From a bacterium (GTDB lineage Bacteria; Auribacterota; UBA3054): DNA of 64,000 nt. The stretch lies in contig JAGCDY010000063.1 of assembly GCA_017650925.1 (NCBI GenBank), positions 1,729-65,728 of the forward strand, written 5' to 3'. Below are positions 1-10,247 of the stretch, in pieces (the stretch's first letter is position 1; each line of letters begins with the position of its first letter). Position numbers and translations under genes: made by a program. A model generated the notes under the pieces. The model did not search any database. It had not been told where the DNA came from and saw only the letters and a list, made by a program, of their open reading frames with translations.

Positions 1-29
1 CTATCATTCTTTCTCAGACCGCTGATAAG

Positions 30-980
30 ATGAGCGCCAAGATCCTTTTGGCTTTCCTAAACTACAACACCTCGGAAGAACTCCGGGGCGCGTGTGAGTC
101 CCTTAGGGAAGCAGGAAGGGGAGTGGACTACGACCTTACTATCATCGACAACGCTTCAACGAGCGTTGGGGAAAGGGAGAAGCTTGAAGAGATGAAAGGT
201 GAGGCGGAGCTGGTTTTCCTCCCGGAAAACCTCGGCTTCGCCGGCGCTTTCAATAAGATCTTAGATAGGGACGGCTACGATTATTTTCTGCTCCTGAATT
301 CCGACCTGATCCTGCCGCCCGGTTTCTTAAAGGATCTCCTTTTTGAGGCGGGAAAGGTGAAAGATCTGGGCCTTGGCAGCGTGAGCTTCGTCAGGGAGGA
401 CGGAAAACCGCAGTTTTCCTTCGGTCCCGTGCCGACGCTTTCCAGCGAGCTTATAAACCGCTCGCTTTTTCAGAAACGCTACAGGAAGTCGCATCCGGCA
501 TCTTCCGATCCGATGGAAGTGGAAAGCCTTTTGGGAGCCGCCCTGCTCGTAAGGAGCGAGGCTTTAAGAAAAGCAGGGCCGCTTGACTCCCGCTTTTTCT
601 TTTTCTTCGAGGAGACGGAATGGTGCTGCCGGATGCGCGACAACGGTTTCAAGGTCGTGCATTTCCCTATGATCTCGGCCACGCACCTTCAGGGCCGCTC
701 AGCCAACAAGGTCCCGTTGCGCGCCAGGATCGAATTTCATATTTCCAGGAAGCTTTTCTTTAAGCTGCGCTACGGATCTCTGGCGCTTTTTGTTCTGAAC
801 TTTGGGATCTTTCTCAGGACCTTCGTCAATTTCCTGGCCTATCTGATCATGACGATCTTTACGCTCGGTTTGGCTGAGAAGATCAGATCGAAGATGAAGC
901 TGTATTCCGGACTCTTCTTCTGGTATCTTAAGGGTTCGCCCGTAAAAGACGGCTTGGACGGGAGAAGATGGAAAAAGTGA
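30..980 (+). CDS. Glycosyltransferase family 2, with a C-terminal membrane anchor
   Basis: N-terminal GT2-like fold signature (LLAFLNYNT...IIDNAST...DYFLLLNSDL) and DxD-like acidic motifs. Hydrophobic C-terminus. First gene of a polysaccharide/peptidoglycan cluster. Confidence 0.65.
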   Translation: MSAKILLAFLNYNTSEELRGACESLREAGRGVDYDLTIIDNASTSVGEREKLEEMKGEAELVFLPENLGFAGAFNKILDRDGYDYFLLLNSDLILPPGFLKDLLFEAGKVKDLGLGSVSFVREDGKPQFSFGPVPTLSSELINRSLFQKRYRKSHPASSDPMEVESLLGAALLVRSEALRKAGPLDSRFFFFFEETEWCCRMRDNGFKVVHFPMISATHLQGRSANKVPLRARIEFHISRKLFFKLRYGSLALFVLNFGIFLRTFVNFLAYLIMTIFTLGLAEKIRSKMKLYSGLFFWYLKGSPVKDGLDGRRWKK

Positions 981-1585
981 AAGTTCTTCTCTGGGATCTG
1001 GGCGGCGTCCTCATTCCTTTCTCGCACGGCAGGCTCTGGCGCAACTTTTTGAGGATGCTTCCGATTGGCGTGAGCATCGGCTTGCTCTTCAAGCGCGCCG
1101 AACTGCAGCAAAAGCTTTTCCGTCCGCTAGACGATTTTGAAAAAGGCTTGTGCTCCTTCGACGACCTTAAGGACGCGGTGGAAAAGGAGCTCGGCATAAG
1201 CCTCGACAGGGAAAGATTCCGCACAGCCTGGAACGACATTTTCGGCAAGACGGGGGAGACCGCCGCGTTTGCCCGGAAACTGCATGAAAAATATCCCTGC
1301 TTCGTGCTTTCCAACACGAACGTTGAGCATTTGGAATATGTGAAAAACAAAGCGCCCGAGCTTCTCTTTATGGACGGCTTCATACCTTCTTATGAGGTGC
1401 ATGCCCTGAAGCCCGAAAAAGAGTTCTACGAGAGGGCGCTCGAAATAGTCGGGGAGAAGGCGGAAAACTGTCTTCTTATCGACGACAGACTTGAGAACGT
1501 CGAAGGCGCTAGGGCGGTCGGGATCCAGGCCGTCCTCTACAGAGGCCTATCAAAACTTAAGGAAGGGTTGAATGGGAAGATATAA
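968..1585 (+). CDS. HAD-superfamily hydrolase
   Basis: Motif I DxG-like at the N-terminus (VLLWDLGGVL) and VLSNTN motif II, typical of HAD phosphatases. Overlaps the upstream gene by 13 nt. Confidence 0.6.
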   Translation: MEKVKVLLWDLGGVLIPFSHGRLWRNFLRMLPIGVSIGLLFKRAELQQKLFRPLDDFEKGLCSFDDLKDAVEKELGISLDRERFRTAWNDIFGKTGETAAFARKLHEKYPCFVLSNTNVEHLEYVKNKAPELLFMDGFIPSYEVHALKPEKEFYERALEIVGEKAENCLLIDDRLENVEGARAVGIQAVLYRGLSKLKEGLNGKI

Positions 1586-2552
1586 ATATCTTTTGCTTTT
1601 TCTGGTGACCGCGATCGCGCTGTTTTTCGTAGCTTTCTGGCCCGGCACGGGCAAAAATAAAAAGGCGCCTGAAAAGGAACTGACCCCGATGGAGGAACTC
1701 GCCGCCATCGAGGTCCCCGAGCTTCCCAAGAAGGAGAAGCCGAAGGTCCCGCCCCTCGCCAAGGTCTGGAACATCAACAAAGTCAAAAGGGGCGCCGTTG
1801 TCAAAGGCTTGGAGAACATCAAGGGCGGCGTCATGGTCGACGCCACCAAAGGCGACGTCCTCTGGGCTAAGAACGAACAGGATCCCATGGAGATCGCTTC
1901 CATGACGAAGATGATGACGACTTTGCTGGCGCTCGAGGCTGACGAAAGGGGAGAGGCGAAACTTGACGGCATGGTCAATGTTTCCGCCGCGGCTAGTAAG
2001 ATCGGCGGCAGCCAGGTCTACCTCGCGGAAAAGGAAAAATTCACGCTTGGCGAACTTCTGAAATGCGTCATGATCATGAGCGCCAACGACGCGGCCTTCG
2101 CGGTCGCGGAGACTTTGGGCGGAAACGTCGACGATTTCGTCGTCATGATGAACAAAAGGGCCGGACAACTCGGCATGAAGTCGACGAAATTCAACAACCC
2201 TCACGGCCTACCCCAGAAGGGCGCCAACAACAAATCTTCCGCCCTCGACATGGCGATGCTCGCCAGGGAGCTTCTGAAATATCCGAAGCTTCTGGAATGG
2301 ACCAGCACGCGGCTCGACACCTTCAGGGACGGCAAATTCCAGCTTAGCAACCGCAATAGTCTGATCGGACGCTGCCAGGGCGTGGACGGCATGAAGACCG
2401 GCTTCTACCAGCAGGCCGGCTACTGCGTGACGGCGACCTGCCTTAGAAACGACCGCCGGATGATAGTCGTTATCATCGGAGCGCCCTCCAAGAAGGAAAG
2501 GGACGACGCTGTCAAGAATCTTTTGAACTGGGGATACCAGCAGAAACTCTGA
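1572..2552 (+). CDS. D-alanyl-D-alanine carboxypeptidase (PBP5/6, DacA-like serine peptidase S11)
   Basis: N-terminal TM/signal segment. SxxK motif (ASMTK), SxN motif (MSANDAA) and KTG motif (MKTGF) are all present. Confidence 0.8.
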   Translation: MGRYKYLLLFLVTAIALFFVAFWPGTGKNKKAPEKELTPMEELAAIEVPELPKKEKPKVPPLAKVWNINKVKRGAVVKGLENIKGGVMVDATKGDVLWAKNEQDPMEIASMTKMMTTLLALEADERGEAKLDGMVNVSAAASKIGGSQVYLAEKEKFTLGELLKCVMIMSANDAAFAVAETLGGNVDDFVVMMNKRAGQLGMKSTKFNNPHGLPQKGANNKSSALDMAMLARELLKYPKLLEWTSTRLDTFRDGKFQLSNRNSLIGRCQGVDGMKTGFYQQAGYCVTATCLRNDRRMIVVIIGAPSKKERDDAVKNLLNWGYQQKL

Positions 2553-4072
2553 TGGATAAGAGAAGGGAATATTTCTTCGTCCTGGTAAGGGGCGTTTCCG
2601 ACATCCTTGACTTCGTCAGGGGTTTCCTGCTCATCTATATTTTGGGAGGCGCTTTCGGTTCCGAGATCTTCGGCACCTGGGGGCTCATAGAGCAGATCTA
2701 TTCCGTGGCGGTCATCCTGACGGGTCTGGGGCTCAGCCAGTCCGTCATCCGCTTTTTGGGAGGCCCGCACAAGAACGACTATGTGCGCAGGCTCTTCATT
2801 CTCTCTTCCACGCTCGTAATAGCGCTGGGACTGGTCCTGACGGCGGTCATGGGTCTCCTTGATCCCGTGATCGCGAAGAAGGTGATAAAGACTTCGGTGG
2901 CGCCGGATTGCCTCACAGCCGCGCTGCCGCTTATCCTTCTGAACGCCCTGGAGCTTCTCCTGGACGGCAGCTACCGCGCCAGGCTGAGGATCGATCTGCA
3001 CTCCTTCGTCAGAATGGTCTATACCATGGCGATCCTCGGCGTTTATCTTTACGCCTCCAAAGCAGGCTATGACCTGGCGAAGATAATAAAGCTTACCCTT
3101 CTTGTCAAAGCGGTCTACGTAGTCTTGCTTTATTTGCTTTTCGCGATGCTGGAGTTCGGCAGGAAAGACGAGGTCGCGCCTTCCGGGTGCGACGACGAAT
3201 TCGCCCTGCCCAAGGACGGGCCGGCGGTCCCGGCTTTGAAGGGCATGATAGTTTTCGGCGCGCCCCTTATGATGTTCGGCCTTTCCACCTGGCTCTTCGG
3301 AACGGGCGGCAAGGTCATCCTCGGCTTCCAGAACGGAGCCGGCGAAGTCGGCCGCTACGACGCTTCCTTAAAGATCGCCATGCTTATCCAGTATCTGGGG
3401 CTGCCCATCGCTTACACGCTTCTGCCTGTCCTGGCGGAAGCCGTCAGCAAAAAAGGCAAGGAGGCGGTCTCCGCGATCTGCCGGCGTTTCGCGAGGCTTT
3501 ATTTCTTTTTGGCGCTGCCTCTTTTCATGGGGCTTCTGGCGACGCACGACGTTATTTTGGACGCGATAACCAAAAGCAAAAGTGCCGAGTTCCACGTTTC
3601 CTACGTCTTTTTCCTGCTGCCTCTTCTGGCGGCGCTCATCAGCCAGGTGAACGCTTTTTATCACAACGTGATCTTTTTGAAGGGGCACAGCCGCTTCCTC
3701 TTCCTGGTCAATTTCGCCTCCGCGCTCTTCTGCCTTTTGATAAACATGTTTTTCACGAAAACGCTCGGCATGTGGTGCACGGCTTTGGCGAGCCTGCTCT
3801 CCTACGTTCTCCTGCTTTCGCTTTGCGCCTGGAGAGTTAGGAGCTACGGCTTTTCGCCCCTTGGATTTCTCGACCTCGGCTTCGCCGGCAAATGCGCCGC
3901 GTTTTCAATTATCATGTTCGCGGCCGTGATGCTGGGAATGCGCTTTATCGATTACGGAAGCCTGATTAAACTGCCGCTTCTCGGTCTTCTGGGAGCGGTC
4001 GTCTACTTTGTCCTCGCGTTTGCAGCGAAGAAATTTTCCCTGAAAGCGCTGATAGAGGAACTGGTCGGCTAA
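2552..4072 (+). CDS. Polysaccharide biosynthesis / oligosaccharide flippase family membrane protein (MOP superfamily, Wzx-like)
   Basis: About 12-14 predicted TM helices across 506 aa. The layout is typical of Wzx/PST-family flippases. Start codon overlaps the dacA-like stop. Confidence 0.55.
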   Translation: MDKRREYFFVLVRGVSDILDFVRGFLLIYILGGAFGSEIFGTWGLIEQIYSVAVILTGLGLSQSVIRFLGGPHKNDYVRRLFILSSTLVIALGLVLTAVMGLLDPVIAKKVIKTSVAPDCLTAALPLILLNALELLLDGSYRARLRIDLHSFVRMVYTMAILGVYLYASKAGYDLAKIIKLTLLVKAVYVVLLYLLFAMLEFGRKDEVAPSGCDDEFALPKDGPAVPALKGMIVFGAPLMMFGLSTWLFGTGGKVILGFQNGAGEVGRYDASLKIAMLIQYLGLPIAYTLLPVLAEAVSKKGKEAVSAICRRFARLYFFLALPLFMGLLATHDVILDAITKSKSAEFHVSYVFFLLPLLAALISQVNAFYHNVIFLKGHSRFLFLVNFASALFCLLINMFFTKTLGMWCTALASLLSYVLLLSLCAWRVRSYGFSPLGFLDLGFAGKCAAFSIIMFAAVMLGMRFIDYGSLIKLPLLGLLGAVVYFVLAFAAKKFSLKALIEELVG

Positions 4073-5229
4073 TTCTCGTGCCAGAAAGGAGACATCTTGC
4101 GGATCCTTTCTATCACCTTCGGCATTTCCGAAATTACGTAGTCCACTTCGCTTTCAGTAGTGTAGCGGCTTAAGCTGAAGCGGACGGCGGAATGGGCGAG
4201 TTTGGCCGGCAGGCCCTGCGCCAGAAGAACGTGCGAGGGTTCCAGTGATTCGCTCGAGCAGGCCGAGCCTGTGGAAGCGCAGATGCCCTTGTCGCTCATG
4301 GAAAGCAGAATGGCTTCGCCCTCTATGAATTCGAATGAGATGTTCGTCGTGTTGGGAGTGCGTTTTTCCCTGTCGCCGTTCAGGTAAGAGTAGGGGATGG
4401 TAAGCAGGCCCGCTTCCAGTTTGTCCCTGAGTCTTCTGATCTCGGTCTGTTCGTATTCCAATGATTCGCCGGCCATCTCGCAGGCTTTGCCAAGCGCCGC
4501 GATGGAGGCGACGTTCTCGGTCCCGGCCCGGCGGCCGCGCTCCTGGTGTCCGCCCGCCAGGAAGGGGCGGAAGGGCGTTCCTCTTTTCAGATACAGCGCG
4601 CCGACGCCTTTGGGCGCATGGATCTTGTGGCCGGAAATACCGAGCATGTCAACGTTGAGCTTCCTGACGTCGATCTTAACTTTGCCGGCGGCCTGGACGG
4701 CGTCGGTGTGCATCAAAGCGCCGAACTTGTGGGCGATCTCGGTCAGCTCTTCTATCGGCATTATGCAGCCGGTCTCGTTGTTGGCGTACATGACGGAGAC
4801 GAGGGCAGTCTTTTCGCTGATGACGCTTTCAAGCGACGCGGTTTCCACCAGCCCGTTTTTATTTACGGGCAGGACTTTGACAGCGAATCCCATCCTCTCC
4901 AGATGTTTTCTCAGATTGAAAACGGCTGGGTGCTCGACGTCGGAAACAATGACTTCGTTCCTTTCGGTGCCGAGCGCCTGCAGGGAGCCCAGGATGGCGG
5001 TGCTGTCGGATTCCGAACCGCAGCTAGTGAAAATGATCTCGTCCTCGTAGGCGGCGCCCAAAAATTCCGCCACCTGACGCCTGGCTTTCTCGACGGCCTT
5101 TATGGGTTTTCTAGCGAACTCGTACATGCTGGAGGGATTGCCGAACTCTTCCCTGAGGAAGGGGAGCATCGCGTCGAGTACTTCTTTGGCCACCATGGTG
5201 GTGGCGTTGTTGTCAAGGTATACGAACAT
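4069..5229 (-). CDS. nifS: Cysteine desulfurase (NifS/IscS class I)
   Basis: Signature MFVYLDNNATT... SGHKIHAPKGVGALYLKRG, with a PLP-lysine context and a C-terminal active-site Cys region (STGSACSS). Confidence 0.85.
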   Translation of the reverse strand: MFVYLDNNATTMVAKEVLDAMLPFLREEFGNPSSMYEFARKPIKAVEKARRQVAEFLGAAYEDEIIFTSCGSESDSTAILGSLQALGTERNEVIVSDVEHPAVFNLRKHLERMGFAVKVLPVNKNGLVETASLESVISEKTALVSVMYANNETGCIMPIEELTEIAHKFGALMHTDAVQAAGKVKIDVRKLNVDMLGISGHKIHAPKGVGALYLKRGTPFRPFLAGGHQERGRRAGTENVASIAALGKACEMAGESLEYEQTEIRRLRDKLEAGLLTIPYSYLNGDREKRTPNTTNISFEFIEGEAILLSMSDKGICASTGSACSSESLEPSHVLLAQGLPAKLAHSAVRFSLSRYTTESEVDYVISEMPKVIERIRKMSPFWHEN

Positions 5230-5816
5230 TAAATTTGGCAGCAGGGGTGGGAGTTCACGCGGTCTATTATCTCTTTGATCTCTTCTTTGCAGCTGCCGCA
5301 GGCGCCGCCGGCCTTGGTGTAGGCCGTCACTTCCTCGACCGTGGTGAGATGGTTTTCCCTGACGACTTTCTCGATCAGCTTATCCGTTACCGCGAAGCAT
5401 TTGCAGACGAGCTTTCCTTCCAGCTCCTCCTTTTCCTCGGGCTTTATCCCGCGGTAGTCGTTGACGGCCGCTTCCAGCGCCTCGCTGCCCATGACGGAGC
5501 AGTGGAACTTCGCCTGCGGAAGCCCGCCCAAAGCCTCGACGATGTCCTTATTCGTTATCTTCAGGGCTTCGTCGATGGTTTTGCCGATGACCATCTCGGT
5601 CAGGATGCTGGCGCTGGCGATAGCCGAGGCGCAGCCGAAGGTCTTGAAGGTGGCCTTTTCTATGATCTCGGTCTTGGGGTCTATTTTCAGATAGAGATAC
5701 ATGACGTCGCCGCAGGCCATGGAGCCGACTTTGCCGATGCCGTTGGCGTCAGATAGTTCGCCCATGTTGCGGGGATTGCGGAAATAATCCATTACTTTGT
5801 CGCTGTAGTCCCACAT
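5229..5816 (-). CDS. nifU: NifU-type Fe-S cluster scaffold (IscU domain plus C-terminal BFD-like [2Fe-2S] domain)
   Basis: MWDYSDKVMDYFRNPRNMG...GSMACGDVM...GCASAIASAS, then a C-terminal CxxC...CxxC pair. Its stop overlaps the nifS start (TAATG). Confidence 0.85.
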   Translation of the reverse strand: MWDYSDKVMDYFRNPRNMGELSDANGIGKVGSMACGDVMYLYLKIDPKTEIIEKATFKTFGCASAIASASILTEMVIGKTIDEALKITNKDIVEALGGLPQAKFHCSVMGSEALEAAVNDYRGIKPEEKEELEGKLVCKCFAVTDKLIEKVVRENHLTTVEEVTAYTKAGGACGSCKEEIKEIIDRVNSHPCCQI

Positions 5817-5827
5817 TTTCTTATTCC

Positions 5828-6475
5828 TTATTTTATGATAAATTCGTCGCTGGAGTTGAGCTTGAGCCGTCTGTCCCTGGCGCTGGAAAGCCTCTCCATA
5901 AAGACGTTGTAAATGGAGTTGGGAACGCTGCGCTTAGGGAAGATGGTGGCATATTCTCCCCAGTCCACAGGCTCCTGGGTGAAGAGATCCTGGTAGATCG
6001 GCTCGAGATTGGAGCGCGTGATCGGGTAGGCGTCCCTTTGACAGCTGAAGCTCCAGAAGAGATGGTTCTTGTAATTGTCTTTCTTGTCGGCGTTGTAGAG
6101 GTAAATGGAAATGTCCAGCCGCTCATAGAGCATCGATTCCGTGTAATCGAGTCCGACAAGGAAAGTGTAGTCGATCAAAGAGGTGTCCTCCCTCAGATCT
6201 TCCTGCGTCACGAGGACGTAGCCGTGGTCGGTGAGATACTTCGTGGTAAGGCCCTGGATGAGATCGGCGATGCCTTGCTCATCCGTTTCTTTGAGCGGCA
6301 GGAAACAGAAGCCGACGTAGTTGCTCGGGCTGATGTTCAGGCTTTCCTCGACCGCGAAATTGTTGTATTCGTGGCTGAAGAAATAAGTGTTGCCGGTGGT
6401 GGGGTGCGTGTAGACGCAGCCCGAAAGAAGAGCGAGCAACAGTCCCGTCAAAACGGAGAGTTTCAGTTTACGCAT
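5828..6475 (-). CDS. Hypothetical lipoprotein
   Basis: MRKLKLSVLTGLLLALLSGC, a signal peptide plus lipobox. The ORF-track start at 6487 is a TTG; the ATG at 6475 is more likely. No recognisable domain. Confidence 0.45.
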   Translation of the reverse strand: MRKLKLSVLTGLLLALLSGCVYTHPTTGNTYFFSHEYNNFAVEESLNISPSNYVGFCFLPLKETDEQGIADLIQGLTTKYLTDHGYVLVTQEDLREDTSLIDYTFLVGLDYTESMLYERLDISIYLYNADKKDNYKNHLFWSFSCQRDAYPITRSNLEPIYQDLFTQEPVDWGEYATIFPKRSVPNSIYNVFMERLSSARDRRLKLNSSDEFIIK

Positions 6476-8333
6476 AGTGTTTGTCAACCTCCTCGTGCGG
6501 CCTTATGTCGACCAGCTGCAGTTCTATGGAGTTCGCGTTGCGGTAATCGTTCATATACGGGTAGACTACCATGTCGAACTGGGGCAGGGACTCCAGCTCG
6601 TAGAGCCTCTCCTTCCAGTTGTAGGCGAAGACTTCGCGGTAGACGCCGTTTTTCACGACCATGAATTTCAAATGCTTTCCCTTTATCACCTGGGGCTCGT
6701 CCGCCAGATAGACTCCCTCGACCGCGAACAGGGGCTCCGGATTTCCGGCTCCGTACGGTTCGCAAAGCCCAACCAGCCTGACCAGCTCCTCGTCTAGTTC
6801 CTCGAGTGAAACGAGCGCGTCTATTTCCAGGCTGGCGCTCTGAGCCTCTGTCTCCCTCGCTTCCTTCGCGAGGCGGTCCAGCTCCTGCCTGAAAGCTTCG
6901 ATCTTGTCCCTCCTGACGGAAAGTCCGGCGGCGATCCTGTGCCCGCCGTAGTTCTCCAGCAGGTCTCCGCAGCGCCTCAGGGCGTCGAACATGTGGAAGT
7001 TTCCGCAGCTGCGGCAGCTGCCTTTGCCGACTTCGCCCTGCATGGCGATGACGACGGCGGGCAGACCGTAGCGCTCGACCATCCTGGAGGCCACGATGCC
7101 GATGACGCCGGGATTCCAGTTCTCGCCGGCCACCACGATGACGTTCGGTCCGTCCGGCATGATGGAGGGAAGTCCTCCCGGGATCTTGGGAAGGCCCGCG
7201 AAATCAGGCGGCAGAGTCTTTTCGAAAGCGGCCTGGGCCTTGCGGAAGGTCTCTTTTTCGATACGCTGGCGCTCCTTGTTGGCGTCCTCCAGCTCGTTCA
7301 CCAAGACCTCTCCCATGGCGGCGTCTTTCGTCAGCATCAGCTCCACGGCCGTGGCGGCGTCGGTCACGCGTCCGGGCGCGTTCAGCCGCGGGGCCAGGGA
7401 GAAGGTGACGTCCTTTACGTCGCAGTCGAAGGCGCGGGTCTTCTCGATGAGTTTCCTGAGTCCCGGCCTGACGGTCCCTTTCAGTTCCGACAGCCCGTAT
7501 TTTACAAAGATCCTGTTCTGCCCGTAGAGGGGAACGACATCGGCGATGGTCCCAAGGGCGACCAAGTCGAGATATTCCTGAAGCTTGATGCTCGAGGCTT
7601 TCTTGATCTTTTTCTGCCCGGCCTTGCTGACAAGGCACCAGCAGAGCATGAAGGCGACGCCGACGCCGGCCAGGTCGAAGTAACCTGCTTCGCTGGAAGC
7701 GCCGGAGCAGCTTTCGATCTTGGGATTGATTATGGAGAAGGCGTTCGGCAGAACGAACGACTTCAGTCCGCTGGCCGTGAACAGATCGGCCTGGGGATCG
7801 AACTTCGGTTCGTGGTGGTCCGTGATGATGACGTCCACGCCCCGCTTTTTCAAAAGCTCGACCTCCTCCATGGCGTTTATGCCGCAGTCCACGGTAATTA
7901 CGACCCTGACGCCTCTGTCGGCCATTTCGCCGATCCTTTTGGCGGAAAGGCCGTAGCCGTCAGTCAGGCGGTTGGGAATAAAATAATCCACCTCTCCGCC
8001 AAGCTTGCGGATAACTTCGGTTACCAAGGCAGTGGAGGTGACGCCGTCCACATCATAGTCGCCATAGACAACGATCTTTTCGCCTTTTTCTATGGCGCTA
8101 AGCACACGCTCCGCCGCGCTGCAGAGGGATTGCTCCTCGATCTTGTGCTGCGGCAAGTCGCTTAACGCGCAATGGAGGAAATCCTCCACGGCGGAAACTT
8201 CAAACAAGCCGCGGTTGCACATGACCTTGGCAAACGCGACAGGATATACTTCTGAGAGATGTTTAGTGATTATTGAATCGGTGTCTTTTACTTCCCATGC
8301 CGTCCCTGGTTGGATCTTGGGCAGCTTACGCAA
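6468..8333 (-). CDS. recJ: Single-stranded-DNA-specific exonuclease RecJ
   Basis: DHH motifs (VYGDYDVDGVTSTAL; ITDHHEP), a DHHA1 region and a C-terminal OB-like domain. Length 621 aa. Confidence 0.85.
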   Translation of the reverse strand: MRKLPKIQPGTAWEVKDTDSIITKHLSEVYPVAFAKVMCNRGLFEVSAVEDFLHCALSDLPQHKIEEQSLCSAAERVLSAIEKGEKIVVYGDYDVDGVTSTALVTEVIRKLGGEVDYFIPNRLTDGYGLSAKRIGEMADRGVRVVITVDCGINAMEEVELLKKRGVDVIITDHHEPKFDPQADLFTASGLKSFVLPNAFSIINPKIESCSGASSEAGYFDLAGVGVAFMLCWCLVSKAGQKKIKKASSIKLQEYLDLVALGTIADVVPLYGQNRIFVKYGLSELKGTVRPGLRKLIEKTRAFDCDVKDVTFSLAPRLNAPGRVTDAATAVELMLTKDAAMGEVLVNELEDANKERQRIEKETFRKAQAAFEKTLPPDFAGLPKIPGGLPSIMPDGPNVIVVAGENWNPGVIGIVASRMVERYGLPAVVIAMQGEVGKGSCRSCGNFHMFDALRRCGDLLENYGGHRIAAGLSVRRDKIEAFRQELDRLAKEARETEAQSASLEIDALVSLEELDEELVRLVGLCEPYGAGNPEPLFAVEGVYLADEPQVIKGKHLKFMVVKNGVYREVFAYNWKERLYELESLPQFDMVVYPYMNDYRNANSIELQLVDIRPHEEVDKHYA

Positions 8334-8400
8334 TTTTTTCCTTCTTGTTACTCATTATTTCTTTCTTGATTTGTCTCTAAATTTATTATACCATAAAGGT

Positions 8401-9480
8401 ATGAAAGAAAAAGGGGAGATATATAATTTCTGCGCCGGACCGGCCGTGCTTCCCGCGGAAGTAATGGAAAAAGTCAAGGAAGAGCTCAGAAGCTACGGGG
8501 GGTGCGGGATGTCCGTAATGGAGATAAGCCACCGCTCGGCAGCCTTCAAGGAGATCCTTTGCGAGGCCAAATCGCGCCTCAAGGAGCTCATGTCCATCCC
8601 CGACGATTATTCGATCCTCTTTCTGCAGGGTGGAGCCAGCCTGCAGTTCCCGATGGTCCCGATGAATTTCGGAAAGGGCGCGTACTGCATAACCGGACGC
8701 TGGGCCAAGAAAGCTTTTGAGGCCGCCGAGCTCCAGGGCAGGGGAGAAGCCTTTTCCGGGAGCGCTGACAGGAATTTCGAGTACATTCCCAAAATAGACC
8801 CCGCCGACCTTCCCAAAGACGCGAAATTCCTGCACATCTGCGACAACAACACCTTGTACGGCACGAAATTCTTCGCGCCTCCCGAAATGGGGCTGCCTTT
8901 GGTCTCGGACATGTCCTCCTGCATCCTTTCCGCGCCCTGCGAGGTGGAGAAATACAGCCTGATCTATGCGGGCGCCCAGAAGAACATCGGGCCGGCCGGG
9001 CTCTGCGTCGTCATCATAAAGAATTCTTTTCTTGAGTCCGCGGAGGATGAAGGACTTCCCCTGATGCTCCGCTACAGGACCTACGCCGAGCACGACTCCC
9101 TGTACAACACTCCTCCGACGTTTGCCGTCTATGTGGCGAACCTTGTCTTCGCCTGGCTTGAAAAGAAGGGCGGTCTGAAAGTCATGGAGGAGATAAACAG
9201 GGAGAAGGCGAAGCTCCTTTACGACTGCATCGGCAATTCCGCCCTCTACCTCAACAAAGTTTCCCCGAGGGACCGCTCCATCATGAACGTGCCCTTCAGG
9301 CTGAGAAGGAGAGATCTGGAGCCCGTCTTCCTTGCGGAAGCCGAGAAAGCCGGGCTTATGAACTTAAAGGGCCACTGGTCAATTGGCGGCATAAGAGCAA
9401 GCATCTACAACGCCATGCCAATTGAAGGGGTTAAAAAATTAGTGAATTTCATGCAACAATTCGAGGGAGAAAACCTATGA
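8401..9480 (+). CDS. serC: Phosphoserine aminotransferase
   Basis: MKEKGEIYNFCAGPAVLP...SVMEISHRS...FLQGGAS matches class V aminotransferase SerC. The ATG at 8401 lies inside a longer ORF-track ORF that starts at 8092. Confidence 0.85.
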   Translation: MKEKGEIYNFCAGPAVLPAEVMEKVKEELRSYGGCGMSVMEISHRSAAFKEILCEAKSRLKELMSIPDDYSILFLQGGASLQFPMVPMNFGKGAYCITGRWAKKAFEAAELQGRGEAFSGSADRNFEYIPKIDPADLPKDAKFLHICDNNTLYGTKFFAPPEMGLPLVSDMSSCILSAPCEVEKYSLIYAGAQKNIGPAGLCVVIIKNSFLESAEDEGLPLMLRYRTYAEHDSLYNTPPTFAVYVANLVFAWLEKKGGLKVMEEINREKAKLLYDCIGNSALYLNKVSPRDRSIMNVPFRLRRRDLEPVFLAEAEKAGLMNLKGHWSIGGIRASIYNAMPIEGVKKLVNFMQQFEGENL

Positions 9481-10247
9481 AAAAGATCCCGGTCGCGCTC
9501 CAGTTGTATTCCGTAAGAGAAGATTGCAAATCAGATTTCCCCGCCACCCTCAAAATAGTCAGGGAGATGGGTTACGACGGCGTGGAGCTGGCCGGCATGA
9601 ACGGCCTGAACGTTTCCGAGCTAAACGCCATAACCAAGGACCTCGGCCTAAAGATCTTTTCCGCGCACGTCGACCGCCAGGAACTTCTGAAGGATCCCTT
9701 GGCGAGCGCGGAGCTCTACGAAGCCCTGGGCTGCGAATTCATCGCCTATCCCTGGTCCGGAATGGACGAACTGGCGGGAGGCGAACGCTACGATGAATTC
9801 CTTGAGACCACGAAAAAGATCTCACGCTCCCTGAAGGTCCGCGGCATCGAGCTTCTTTACCACAACCACGACCACGAGCTCAAGCTTCACGACGGCCAGA
9901 CGCTTCTCGACAACCTGCTCTTCGACCTCGGCTCTGAAACGATCAAGCTCGAGCTGGACGTCTGCTGGTGCAAGGTCGGTGGATTCGAACCCAGCCAGTT
10001 TTTGCGCGACCACTGGGGCTCCGTTCCGGTAGTCCACTTCAAGGATTATACCGGGAGCAAGGAAGACAAGACATTTTCTTTCGCTCCGCTGGGTTCGGGC
10101 TGCCAGGATATGGGCGAACTAATGGTCGCCGCTTCCGACTGCGGCGCGAAATGGATAGTCGTCGAACAGGATGAGCCGTCACCTGACAAGACGGCCCTGG
10201 AATGCGCGAAGCTCAGCCTTGACTTTCTGAAAGAACTGCAGAAATGA
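9477..10247 (+). CDS. Xylose-isomerase-like TIM-barrel protein (sugar phosphate isomerase/epimerase family), cytoplasmic
   Basis: AP_endonuc_2 / xylose isomerase-like barrel motifs (LQLYSVRED...GYDGVELAG...HNHDHE). Paralogue of 12922..13836. Confidence 0.6.
   Translation: MKKIPVALQLYSVREDCKSDFPATLKIVREMGYDGVELAGMNGLNVSELNAITKDLGLKIFSAHVDRQELLKDPLASAELYEALGCEFIAYPWSGMDELAGGERYDEFLETTKKISRSLKVRGIELLYHNHDHELKLHDGQTLLDNLLFDLGSETIKLELDVCWCKVGGFEPSQFLRDHWGSVPVVHFKDYTGSKEDKTFSFAPLGSGCQDMGELMVAASDCGAKWIVVEQDEPSPDKTALECAKLSLDFLKELQK

Noticed and set aside
8092-8400. The upstream extension of the serC ORF (ORF track starts at 8092) and an 8386..9093 antisense ORF.
   Set aside because: The extension overlaps the recJ 5' end and promoter region. 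A canonical SerC N-terminus begins at the ATG at 8401.
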